From a virus (taxonomy: Duplodnaviria; Caudoviricetes), in IMG/VR virus record IMGVR_UViG_3300035670_000185, positions 1,925 through 65,924 of that record: a stretch of 64,000 nucleotides of DNA; one strand, 5' to 3'. Below the pieces are notes generated by a model, which saw only the letters and a program-made list of their open reading frames with translations, was not told the DNA's origin and searched no databases. Below, one piece after another: positions 17,953 to 28,500 of this stretch (positions are counted from its first letter, which is position 1; each line of letters begins with the position of its first letter). The position numbers and the translations under genes were made by a program.

Positions 17953-20900
17953 ATGGCAACACAAGTAAATCAAAAGGTATACGTATCGCCTGGAGTATAT
18001 ACGTCTGAAACTGACTTATCGTTTGTGGCTCAAAGTGTGGGTGTAACTACGTTAGGTTTGGTGGGAGAGACCTTGAAGGGACCCGCGTTCGAACCAATTT
18101 TTATCACAAACTATGATGAGTTTCAAGCATTTTTTGGAGGTACTGAACCTACAAAATTTATAAACACACAAATCCCAAAGTATGAGGCGGCATATATTGC
18201 CAAGTCGTATTTACAACAATCTAACCAACTTTTTGTTACCAGAATTTTGGGTCTTTCTGGTTATGATGCAGGACCGTCTTGGAGTATCAAAGTTACTGCG
18301 AACGTAGATCCATTGACGATAGGTCTTAATCCTGCGACTGGTACAACTTGGTCAGCTACGTTTACTGGATCTTCTTCAGGAAATACTGTGGAATTCGTAA
18401 GTGGGTCATTACCTGCACAAGTACTCGCAAATTTTAATACTCAATATAGATTATCTGATGGAAGTACTTCTACATTGGCATTGGACTTTACAAATAACTT
18501 AGATGACATAATGGATACACCATCCTTATCTGCAACAACTGCGGTAGTTTATGGCGCGATTCCTGAAAGTGATTATTACGATTTAACTGCAACATATTCA
18601 AACGTAATTAATGAGTATGGTTGTGACAGTGTAAATTTGGCGGTAAATGATTTGTCAACTGATGATAACGACCCATGGTATTATGCAAACTTTGATATCA
18701 CATCTGGAAATGCTTATTCAGGCTACTCATTCTTCTATTATGTAAGTTCTTTAACTTCAGGAGCATCATCAACTTTCACAGGTACTACATCAGGTACTGT
18801 TTATACTTACTCTGGTACTGCATATTCAGAATACAACAACATGGTTGTTGCAACTCTTCGTTCAAGAGGTATCTCTTTATTTACTAACAGTGCAACGAGT
18901 GATAATCATGGACCAATTTATGAAGTTAGTGGATTAACTGACTTACAGTTAGTTTGTACTGAACAATATTCAGGGGTAACACAATCACCTTTTGAGTCAT
19001 TCTTAATTTCAGGTGTAACGAAAGATGGAGACAATTTTTCTTTTGAAACTTCGATGTCAGCAACTTCATCTAAATATATTACAAAAGTTTTGGGTGTTGA
19101 CAATTTTGGTAAGTCAAGAAATGAAGTACCAGTTTATGTTGAAGAAGTTTATCCAAGTACCTTAAGTTACGCATATAATCAAGGTTACATTCGTGGATTA
19201 GATTGTAATTTAATATCTCTTCCTGATGCAAGAAGTGAGGACCCAACCTCGATTGCATATAACGTAACACAATATAAGTCACCAAGTACACCATTCTTGG
19301 TTTCTGAACTTAGAGGTAATAAAGTTTATAATCTATTCAAGTTTGTTTCAATTTCTGACGGTAACGCGGCAAATACAGAAGTTAAAGTTTCAATAACTAA
19401 CTTATCATTCAATAATATGACTTTTGATGTTTTGGTTAGAAACTTCTTCGATACCGATGCTAATCCTATTGTGATTGAAAAATTCACAAACTGTAACATG
19501 GATCCAGCATCTAACAACTTTGTTGCTAAGAAGATTGGTTCTACTGATGGTGAGTACGCATTGATTTCAAGATATATAATGGTTGAAATGGCGGACGAAG
19601 CTCCGATAGATGCAATTCCTTGTGGATTCTACGGATATACTCAAAGAGAATATTCTTCTGTGACTAACCCATCACCAGTTCCAATTTTCAAAACTAAATA
19701 TTATTTCCCTGGCGAAGTGATATACAATCCTCCTTTTGGATCACCAACTGATGTTGTTGAATCTTCAGGAGATATTGTTAGAAGAAGTTACTTAGGATTC
19801 TCAAGTCAATTTGGTGTTGATGATTCATTCTTACAATATAAAGGAACTCAAAATCCAATAAACTGGATTCAGTCCCCATTACCTGTTGATGGTTCTGCTT
19901 GGAACTATTTAAGTAAAGGTTTCCACATGGACTCAGGAGCTACAGTTGTAACAATTGCTAACTCATTCTTAACAAGTGGTCAAACAGCATTCGAATGTGG
20001 TGTTGCTGACTTCACTAGAGACCCTGAAACTCAAGAAAACCCTTACTACTTTATTTACTCAAGAAAATATACAGTATGTTTTGCTGGTGGATTTGACGGA
20101 TGGGATATCTACAGAGAGTTTAGAACAAATGAAGATAGATTCCAACTTGGTGCTACGGGTTACTTAGCGGGAGCGGCTCCTTCTACAAGATATCCAAATG
20201 CAACTGGTGACGGTTTATTTAAGAGAATTGTTGTTCAGAACAATACTCAGGACTTTGCAAACACTGATTACTACGCATACTTACTTGGTATCTTAACGTT
20301 CGCTAACCCTGAATCAACTAACATCAACGTATTTGCAACATCAAGTATTGATTATGTAAACAACTCTAACCTTGTAGAAGAAGCTATCGACATGGTACAA
20401 TTCTCAAGAGCGGATTCGGTTTACATCGCAACTACTCCTGATTATAACATGTACACTCCTGATGCGACAAACCCACAAGATATCATTTACTCTCAAGAGG
20501 CTGTTGATAACTTGGATAACACAGGAATTGATTCTAACTACACTGCGACTTATTATCCTTGGATTCTTACAAGAGATACTGTTAACAATACACAAATCTA
20601 CTTACCTCCAACAGGTGAAGTTTGTAGAAACTTAGCGTTGACAGATAACATCGCATTCCCTTGGTTCGCATCAGCGGGTTACACAAGAGGTCTTGTAAAC
20701 TCAATCAAAGCGAGAGTGAAGTTGACTCAAGAAGATAGAGATACTCTTTATCAAGGTAGAATCAACCCAATCGCAACTTTCTCTGATGTAGGAACTGTAA
20801 TTTGGGGTAACAAAACTTTACAAGTTGCGGATACTGCGCTTAACAGATTGAACGTGAGAAGATTATTACTTCAAGCTAGAAAGTTAATTTCAGCAGTTGC

Positions 20901-21153
20901 GGTAAGATTGTTGTTCGAACAAAACGACCAAATCGTTAGACAACAATTCTTGGATAGTGTTAACCCTATCTTAGATTCAATTAGAAGAGATAGAGGTCTT
21001 TATGACTTCAGAGTAACAGTTTCTTCTTCACCTGAAGATTTAGATAGAAACACTTTGACAGGTAAGATATACTTAAAACCAACGAAGGCATTAGAATTCA
21101 TCGATATCGAATTCTTCATCACTCCAACAGGAGCTTCGTTTGAAAATATCTAA
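17953..21153 (+). CDS. Tail sheath protein (gp18-like)
   Basis: SPGVYTSETD, PWFASAG..RG, RINPI, IWGNKT, RLNVRRLL, KPTKALEFI. Confidence 0.95.
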   Translation: MATQVNQKVYVSPGVYTSETDLSFVAQSVGVTTLGLVGETLKGPAFEPIFITNYDEFQAFFGGTEPTKFINTQIPKYEAAYIAKSYLQQSNQLFVTRILGLSGYDAGPSWSIKVTANVDPLTIGLNPATGTTWSATFTGSSSGNTVEFVSGSLPAQVLANFNTQYRLSDGSTSTLALDFTNNLDDIMDTPSLSATTAVVYGAIPESDYYDLTATYSNVINEYGCDSVNLAVNDLSTDDNDPWYYANFDITSGNAYSGYSFFYYVSSLTSGASSTFTGTTSGTVYTYSGTAYSEYNNMVVATLRSRGISLFTNSATSDNHGPIYEVSGLTDLQLVCTEQYSGVTQSPFESFLISGVTKDGDNFSFETSMSATSSKYITKVLGVDNFGKSRNEVPVYVEEVYPSTLSYAYNQGYIRGLDCNLISLPDARSEDPTSIAYNVTQYKSPSTPFLVSELRGNKVYNLFKFVSISDGNAANTEVKVSITNLSFNNMTFDVLVRNFFDTDANPIVIEKFTNCNMDPASNNFVAKKIGSTDGEYALISRYIMVEMADEAPIDAIPCGFYGYTQREYSSVTNPSPVPIFKTKYYFPGEVIYNPPFGSPTDVVESSGDIVRRSYLGFSSQFGVDDSFLQYKGTQNPINWIQSPLPVDGSAWNYLSKGFHMDSGATVVTIANSFLTSGQTAFECGVADFTRDPETQENPYYFIYSRKYTVCFAGGFDGWDIYREFRTNEDRFQLGATGYLAGAAPSTRYPNATGDGLFKRIVVQNNTQDFANTDYYAYLLGILTFANPESTNINVFATSSIDYVNNSNLVEEAIDMVQFSRADSVYIATTPDYNMYTPDATNPQDIIYSQEAVDNLDNTGIDSNYTATYYPWILTRDTVNNTQIYLPPTGEVCRNLALTDNIAFPWFASAGYTRGLVNSIKARVKLTQEDRDTLYQGRINPIATFSDVGTVIWGNKTLQVADTALNRLNVRRLLLQARKLISAVAVRLLFEQNDQIVRQQFLDSVNPILDSIRRDRGLYDFRVTVSSSPEDLDRNTLTGKIYLKPTKALEFIDIEFFITPTGASFENI

Positions 21154-21162
21154 TTAATTATC

Positions 21163-21181
21163 GGGGGGTTAAATCCCCCCC
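21163..21181 (+). terminator. GC hairpin after the sheath gene
   Basis: GGGGGG-ttaaat-CCCCCC; weak U-tract. Confidence 0.5.
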
Positions 21182-21189
21182 TTAGCCAA

Positions 21190-22020
21190 ATGAGAAAAAA
21201 AATTACAGAAGGATTTGTAAGAGAGGGGACACCCGACCTTAAATATTATGCGTTTGATTGGGACGACAACATTGTCCATATGCCAACTAAAATCTTGGTT
21301 AAAGATGAAGATGGAAATGAGGTTGGTATGTCAACTGATGATTTTGCAGAGTTTAGACATAAGATAGGTAGTGAACCATTTCCGTACAAAGGGAGTACTA
21401 TTGTGGGATATGCTGACTCACCTTTTAGAAACTTTAGAACTGAAGGTGATAAAGATTTTTTGGTGGATTCTTTAAGGGCTAAAAAAGGACCAGCTTTCGA
21501 TGATTTCAGAGAAGCAATCAATAATGGTTCAATATTTGCAATCATCACTGCAAGAGGACATAATCCAAATACAATCAAAGAAGCTATCTATAATTATATT
21601 ATGGAGGGATTCAACGGGATTGATAAAGATGAGTTAGTTAAAAATCTTAAAAAGTATCGTTCTTTTGTCGGAGAAGATGAAATGAGTGATGAAGAATTAA
21701 TTAGAACATATTTGGAACTAAATAAGTATCATCCTGTTTCTTTTGGTGATGATAAAGGGGCGGTCAATCCTGAGGAAGCGAAAGTGGAAGCGATGGAAAA
21801 TTTTGTAAGTTATATTAAGGCTATGGCTGCACTACTTAATAAACGAGCATTCTTAAAGAAAGATATTGCTAATAAATTTAATCCAGAAAATCTTAGTATA
21901 GGCTTTAGTGACGATGATCCAAAAAACATAGAAGTAATGTATAAACACTTCAAAAATAAACCAGATAATATAGTTAAAACTTATTCTACAGCTGGAGGAT
22001 CAAAGAAAGAAGTAAAGTAA
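21190..22020 (+). CDS. HAD-superfamily phosphatase-like protein
   Basis: Motif I FDWDDN, motif II ITARG, a Lys, motif IV FSDDD. Confidence 0.7.
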   Translation: MRKKITEGFVREGTPDLKYYAFDWDDNIVHMPTKILVKDEDGNEVGMSTDDFAEFRHKIGSEPFPYKGSTIVGYADSPFRNFRTEGDKDFLVDSLRAKKGPAFDDFREAINNGSIFAIITARGHNPNTIKEAIYNYIMEGFNGIDKDELVKNLKKYRSFVGEDEMSDEELIRTYLELNKYHPVSFGDDKGAVNPEEAKVEAMENFVSYIKAMAALLNKRAFLKKDIANKFNPENLSIGFSDDDPKNIEVMYKHFKNKPDNIVKTYSTAGGSKKEVK

Positions 22021-22071
22021 GAATACTGTTTCCGAAAAAAAAGTAAATAGAAAAATTTTCAGGAACAGATA

Positions 22072-22078
22072 TATTTAT
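22072..22078 (+). promoter_or_regulatory. TATTTAT putative late promoter (tube)
   Basis: Same ATATTTATCA context as upstream of the sheath. Confidence 0.6.
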
Positions 22079-22113
22079 CAATAAAATAACAAAAACAAAA
22101 AAATTAAAAAAAC

Positions 22114-22602
22114 ATGGCTGATTTGTTAATGAAAATGCCGATACCTTACGAACCGAAACGGCAAAATCGTTTCATCTTGAGGTTTCCGTCATCACTTGGT
22201 ATAAATGAGTGGTTTGTTGAATCTTCTGCAAGACCACATATTGTAATTGGGGCAACTCCAATTCCTTTTTTGAACACAGAAACTTATGTTGCGGGAAGAT
22301 TTACTTGGCAAACAATACCTGCGGTATTTAGAGACCCAATCGGACCTTCAGCGGCTCAAGCGTTGATGGAGTGGGTACGTCTACATGCAGAATCTGTGAC
22401 AGGCCGTATGGGTTATGCTGCGGGTTACAAGAAAGATGTCGACCTCGAAATGTTGGACCCAACCGGTGTTGTTGTTGAAAAGTGGATATTGTACGGAACT
22501 TTCTTAACTGATGTGAACTTTAACTCATTGAGTTATGCTCAAGATGGTTTAGCGACAATCAGTACAACTTTGAGAATGGACCGTTGCGTTCTTGTATACT
22601 AA
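22114..22602 (+). CDS. Tail tube protein (gp19-like)
   Basis: YEPKRQNRF, YKKD..LEMLDPTG..VEKW.L.G; 162 aa, downstream of the sheath. Confidence 0.85.
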   Translation: MADLLMKMPIPYEPKRQNRFILRFPSSLGINEWFVESSARPHIVIGATPIPFLNTETYVAGRFTWQTIPAVFRDPIGPSAAQALMEWVRLHAESVTGRMGYAAGYKKDVDLEMLDPTGVVVEKWILYGTFLTDVNFNSLSYAQDGLATISTTLRMDRCVLVY

Positions 22603-22643
22603 TTTATCAAGATACTATTTATTTTTAATAAAACAAACTTATT

Positions 22644-22681
22644 TTTAACCGTAAAGCATTAAACTTTACGGTTAAATTTTT
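22644..22681 (+). terminator. 13-bp perfect hairpin (terminator or translational structure)
   Basis: TTTAACCGTAAAG-cattaaa-CTTTACGGTTAAA then T-tract, just before ATG 22684. Confidence 0.65.
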
Positions 22682-22683
22682 AT

Positions 22684-23427
22684 ATGGATAATCAAGCAAG
22701 AGAATACGGACAATCAAATTTTTCACTACCACACGATGTTGTTCCTTTACCAACACAGGGATTTTTTTACAAAAATAAAAAGAAATCACTCAAGGTTGGA
22801 TACTTAACCGCCAATGACGAAAATATTTTGATGGCTGGTGGGAACGATATGACTCAAGTTTTATTAAGGTCAAAAGTTTACGAACCCGATATTAGAATTG
22901 AAGATTTGTTGGAGGGAGACGTAGAAGCTATTTTAATTTTTTTAAGAAACACGGCATTCGGTCCTGAAATGGACCTTAGCTTAGTTGACCCAATTACAAA
23001 AAAACCTTTCAAAGGAGCTGTAAGATTAGATGAATTGGATGTCATCAAAGGACAACAACCATCAGAAGATGGAACATTTGTAACTATGTTACCAAAATCA
23101 CAAACCACTGTGAAATTGAAACCGATGACTTATGGAGAGATTTTGGAGGTTCAAAAAATGTCCGAGTCATATCCTCAAGGAAGGACAGCTCCAAAAGTTA
23201 CTTGGAGATTGAACAAACAAATTGTGGAAATTAATGGAGTAACCGATAAATCAGAAATTTCAAAGTTCATTGACCAAATGCCAATTGCAGATTCTAAGTA
23301 CATTAGAAATTTCATGAATGAAAATGAACCAAGATTAGATTTAACAAGAACAGTAATGGCCCCTTCAGGAGAGAAACTAACAGTCAATGTTGGGTTTGGG
23401 GTGGACTTTTTTCGTCCTTTCTTCTGA
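22684..23427 (+). CDS. Baseplate hub assembly/tail chaperone (gp26-like)
   Basis: LPTQG..Y, LTANDENIL, GDVEAILIFLR, ends DFFRPFF; lies between tube and tape-measure genes. Confidence 0.7.
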   Translation: MDNQAREYGQSNFSLPHDVVPLPTQGFFYKNKKKSLKVGYLTANDENILMAGGNDMTQVLLRSKVYEPDIRIEDLLEGDVEAILIFLRNTAFGPEMDLSLVDPITKKPFKGAVRLDELDVIKGQQPSEDGTFVTMLPKSQTTVKLKPMTYGEILEVQKMSESYPQGRTAPKVTWRLNKQIVEINGVTDKSEISKFIDQMPIADSKYIRNFMNENEPRLDLTRTVMAPSGEKLTVNVGFGVDFFRPFF

Positions 23428-23566
23428 TTATAGAAAATATCAAATAGATGAGTTTTACTTTCTTAAGACACTTTTGAATGTGTCATATTCAGATTTTTTA
23501 ATAATGCCAATATTTGTTAGAAAGTATCTTTTAGATAAATGGGTTGAACTCAATAAAAAGGACTGA
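23387..23566 (+). CDS. Small gp51-like ORF in the +1 frame overlapping the chaperone end (not in ORF track)
   Basis: ...FFVLSSDYRKYQIDEFYFLKTLLNVSYSDFLIMPIFVRKYLLDKWVELNKKD; S.SD...MP...R pattern of tail-chaperone C-extensions. Start uncertain (ATG 23387 or frameshift). Confidence 0.65.
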   Translation: MLGLGWTFFVLSSDYRKYQIDEFYFLKTLLNVSYSDFLIMPIFVRKYLLDKWVELNKKD

Positions 23567-23581
23567 AAATTCAGTCCTTTT
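23556..23581. terminator. Hairpin overlapping the stop of the gp51-like ORF
   Basis: AAAAGGACTGA-aaat-TCAGTCCTTTT. Confidence 0.7.
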
Positions 23582-23607
23582 ATATTTATACATATAACAA
23601 AAAAAAT

Positions 23608-25455
23608 ATGGCGGATACCGATCCGAAGTCAAAAGTTGGTGCCAGTGAATTTGTACCTGATTTTGATTTCAATAAAGCTAGACAAAGTTTAGATACGTTC
23701 AGTAATCAAATAATTACCACCTTTACTCAAGGTAGAGAAAGGGTATTTGAGTTTCAACGAGCGATTACGGATAGTTTGCCGGCAGTTCGAAGATTGGGAG
23801 GAGACATTGGTGATGTCACTAAAATCATCATTGATGTTGCTGAAGCGTCAAAAAGAAACGTTGTTGCTAGCTCAGAACAAATAGAAGATTTGTTTAAGAT
23901 GACAGAAGTTTTAGGGTTGTCTGTCAAGGAAGTAGCGGATAGTTTCTTAGATGTCGGAATAGCAATCGATAAGGTTGATGAATCTTTAGAAGAATCGGTC
24001 AAGTACATACAAAGTATTGGTGGAAACACCAGACAGGTCATGAAAGATGTTGAGGACAACATGGCTCAGATGAACCGATTCCAATTTGAAGGAGGTGTAC
24101 AAGGTTTAACAAAAATGGCTGCTCAAGCTTCTATGTTAAGGTTTGACATGAAGGAAACCTTCAAACTTGCGGAAACGGTATTATCCCCTGAGGGTGCACT
24201 CAAGACAGCCGCGGCATTTCAACGATTAGGTGTTGCAGCTGGTAATTTAACCGATCCATTCCAACTAATGAATTTATCTATCAATGACCCTCAAGGTTTA
24301 CAAGATAGTTTAGTTGATGTTGCTAAGCAATTCACCGAATTCGACGAAAAAACCGGAAGATTCAAAATCAATCCTCAAGGAGTTTTAACATTACGGGAGA
24401 TGGCTGACCAAACTGGTGTTTCTGCTCAAGAAATGTCAAAACTTGGATTAGCTGCTGCTGAATTGGATGCAAGATTGTCAAAAATTAGTCCTGAAATAAC
24501 TTTTGCCAACGAGGAGGACAAACAGTATTTAGCGAACATTGCTAACTTGGAAGGTGGTGAATATATTGTTAAAGTAAAAAATGATATAGGTGAACAGGTT
24601 GATAGAAAATTGAGTGAAATAACTCAAGATGAACTTAATACATTAATTGATGAACAGAAAAATCAGCCGAAAACTTTAGAAGATGTTGCAAGGGCACAGT
24701 TAACCGTAGATGAGCAAATTGCGAATGATATTGCAGCTATAAGGTATGCGATTATGGGAGGACTTCTCACTAATAAAGAAGTACAATCTTTAATTGAGGG
24801 TTTCAGAGAAGGTGCGGATATTGTTCTGAGAGGAGGAGGGGAAGCGGTGACGACTGATGAAGTAAGGAGAATGTCCCAGGGGTTGACTGGTGAATTGAAG
24901 AAAGCTATTGAAGAAACTATTAAGAGTGGTAATTTTTCTGATATTGGAGTAAACCTTGGTGAGGCGGCTAAAGAATCCCTAGGGACCCTTACTACTGGTG
25001 CTAAGAATCTAATTACGGAAGCTGCGGGAAATATAATGAAAAAGTTGGGTGAAACAGAACTCGGAAAAAATATTAACATGTCCGATTTAGATTCTATAAT
25101 TGGAAACTTAGGTACAAAATTAACTAACATAACTACATCAGCTGGTATCACTCCAAGTACAACAACTGGAACTAATGGAACTAGAGTGACAGTTGAAGGA
25201 CTTTCAACTGCAAATCAAAACTTACCTAATGTCGCTGAAAGGGCTAATTCTCAAAAGTCAATTATTGAATTGTTAGGTAATTTGACAGTTGATGTCAATT
25301 TCCAAGATTTACCATCAGGATTAACTGCAGAACAAAAGGAACAGATAGTAAAAACGTTCAGTGACAAAATCAATGATATAAATTTCAAGAATTACATTTT
25401 GGGTGTAACAAAAGAACAAAGTCCACTCGCTGGAAATGGTTTTCAAACTTATTAA
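23608..25455 (+). CDS. Putative tape measure protein
   Basis: 615 aa, helical A/G/Q/E-rich; canonical position after tube and chaperones. Confidence 0.55.
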   Translation: MADTDPKSKVGASEFVPDFDFNKARQSLDTFSNQIITTFTQGRERVFEFQRAITDSLPAVRRLGGDIGDVTKIIIDVAEASKRNVVASSEQIEDLFKMTEVLGLSVKEVADSFLDVGIAIDKVDESLEESVKYIQSIGGNTRQVMKDVEDNMAQMNRFQFEGGVQGLTKMAAQASMLRFDMKETFKLAETVLSPEGALKTAAAFQRLGVAAGNLTDPFQLMNLSINDPQGLQDSLVDVAKQFTEFDEKTGRFKINPQGVLTLREMADQTGVSAQEMSKLGLAAAELDARLSKISPEITFANEEDKQYLANIANLEGGEYIVKVKNDIGEQVDRKLSEITQDELNTLIDEQKNQPKTLEDVARAQLTVDEQIANDIAAIRYAIMGGLLTNKEVQSLIEGFREGADIVLRGGGEAVTTDEVRRMSQGLTGELKKAIEETIKSGNFSDIGVNLGEAAKESLGTLTTGAKNLITEAAGNIMKKLGETELGKNINMSDLDSIIGNLGTKLTNITTSAGITPSTTTGTNGTRVTVEGLSTANQNLPNVAERANSQKSIIELLGNLTVDVNFQDLPSGLTAEQKEQIVKTFSDKINDINFKNYILGVTKEQSPLAGNGFQTY

Positions 25456-25505
25456 GACCAATAATAAAACACAACCCCAACCTATTTATTAATAAAAAAA
25501 TATAG

Positions 25506-28500
25506 ATGGCAAGTCCGTTAGATTTTGTAAATTCAGATGGTTTTAGAAAGAAGCTTATTGTAAGAAACTTAACTCCTTACGCAAAGGCCCCGAATAGACC
25601 TACACAACCTATTAATACTGAATATATTCAGTCGGATACCTCTGTACAAGATAGCCCTGATAAGTTAATTGATGAACCATCTTTTGCCAACAAATTATTT
25701 CCATTAAACCAATATGGTAATGAGGGTGGATACGAACAAGTTCCAGACCCCGGAGCTTTATTGAATACAAAGTCAAATGAAGGTGAATATGGATACCAAG
25801 ACGCTAATATAGTTGGTCAATCAGGTCCTGAATCCCAAAAATGGAAACCACTTAACGTTTTCTCTAATGGAAATCAATTACCGTTAGATAGCGCTGAGTT
25901 TTTCGGTTCTTTGAACAGACCCTTAACAACTAACACTTCAAATAATCAACCCTACCCAACTACATTTGTTTCTTCAACCTACACACCTGTTTCGATTTTA
26001 TTATCACCAGATCCGAGTGGAAGTAATGGTTTATTGAGTCAAGATTCATTTATTGCTCGTTTGGGAGCACAAACTTTAAGAAGAGAGTTTGAACAAAGGA
26101 TTGCAGCACAAATACGACAGGATACATTAGGGAGAGCAAACATACTTAATGCTACTAGTGGAACGGACCTTGTTAACATATTGACAGGTGTTGTTCCAAT
26201 CATAGAACCAAATTATACAATTACGGTTACCGCTAATCCTATCTTAGCTGCAACCAACTTCGCGTTACGTCTTGGTGGAAGTATTTTACCTGTGTCACCT
26301 ATACCTGGTTCTTATTTCGACAAAAATATAACATTAGGTCAGCCGACAACAATACAACAACTTTCGAATGCATTCAGAAGAAGTGGTGTTGGAAAGTTCT
26401 TTAACCGTTTGATGGGCGGAGGACAAACTGGTTCTGAAATCATGTTCAACAACATGGGGGCGGGACAACGTTCTCAATTGTTCAAAAACATAGATTTCAA
26501 CAGATACAAACCAAACTTTCCAAGAAATTTCTTTCAGAGAGTTGCAGGTGCTTTGGTTGGAACGGTTTCAGACAACAGTAATTTCTACGTTGGTAGTATA
26601 ACATCCAATCCATCTCAGGTTTTCTCTCCTGTTGGAGATGTACCTGTGAATCAATTCGGTGTTGAACAACAATCACCAGTATATGGACCATCAGAGTTAG
26701 CACAATTATATGAAGGACCAAGTCAATCAGTAAGATTGGGAGCTAACGGTCCTACATATAGTAATGGTGGCGGTATTGAAGGTGGATTCACTTGGGTGTC
26801 TCCAAAATATAGAGGCAATGCCGGTAAAAAAGTTGGTATTGGGGGTGAGGTAACAAATGAAGATGAGGATTTCCGTCCGTCATCTTATGTGAATACTGAA
26901 TCCGTTAATAACGAATTTAGACAAGGTTCTATCCTTGATGACACACAACGTTTAATAGAAAGCCAACCACAAGGTGGTAAACGTTTGCAACACGTAGGAA
27001 ATGCTATAGACCAAGTAAGTAAGGTGTTTAATGATGGATACAAGGAACTTACAAAGGGGTCTAAGGTTTATAGATATGTTGGTGCGATTGGACAAGAAGT
27101 TGGTACAGAATATTGTAGAGTTTTTGCTAAAGATTTACCATACCTTCAATACAATGATTTACAAAAAACGGATGGTATAACCACGGAAAATAGAAGATTT
27201 GCATATTCAGTATTAGATAAAACTTATAACCTGAACATCTCACCAAACAAACAAGAGGGTGGACAAGATTCAACAAATATAGTTGGTACTATAAATAATG
27301 CTGTCGCAAAGAAATATATGTTTTCTTTGGAAAACTTGGCGTGGAGAACATCCAATACTCCTGGATTTTCGACTTCGGATTTACCTGTTTGTGAAAGAGG
27401 TCCGAATGGTGGTCGAGTAATGTGGTTTCCACCCTATGGATTAACATTTAGTGAAAACGTTTCGTCTAACTGGAATCAATCTGACTTTTTAGGTAGACCC
27501 GAACCAATTTATACTTACAAAAATACATCAAGAACAGGTAGTTTACAATGGAAGATTGTTGTAGACCATCCATCAGTTTTGAATGTTATTGTTAACAAAG
27601 TATTGGGAAATGAAACAAACAAAACACGAATTGATAGTATTTTAGAATCTTTCTTTGCTGGTTGTAGAAAGTATGATATCTATGAATTGGCAAAAAAATA
27701 TGTGAATATAAACCCAAATGATTTGTTCGAGTTACAACAAGCGATTACGTCAAAAGAAATGACGAGAGAACAAATTATATATACCCGTGGTACAATTGAA
27801 ACTGGATTTAATTCACCTGATGGTAACGGTGGAATACCTGTATCTCAAGAAGGTGGAGGGGGGAACACTAATGTACAATTCACAGATTATGAAAAGTTAG
27901 GGTTTTATTTTGGGAATGATTATCCGAAACCAAATACCACAATTAACTATACAACTGAATATCAAAGATATACCACAACGGATAAAGAATTATATCAAAC
28001 AAAACCTAATTCAGGAAAAACCCAAACATTCTTCAATACAGTTGTTACTCCAAATTATAATGCTGTGAATGATTTGGCAATAAAATTGGGAAAGGCTTTT
28101 GAAACAAATCCTAATGGTACAGTTACAATTGAAGTTGATTCAAGCTGTTCCGCACCTGCATCCATTGATTATAATAAAAAACTTTCGGAGCGAAGAATTG
28201 CTGCGATGATTAAATTTTTTGAAGAAAATCCTAATACTCAAAAGTACATGACCTCTTCACCACAAAGATTAATCGTGAAGCCTAAAAATGCTTTTGGTGA
28301 AGAAACAACTGCGGAACCTAAAGTTTTCAATTTTGAAGGATTATTCACAGGAACACCTTCTCGAATGGGAAAAATTGTTAATTGTACTGATAAAGACAAT
28401 AATGTTGTAGGTGGAGATACACAAGCGGGGTCTAAAGATATTTTTACAACTGCGGCTATGGCATGTAGAAGGGCGTATATATCAAGTATTAACTCCACTT

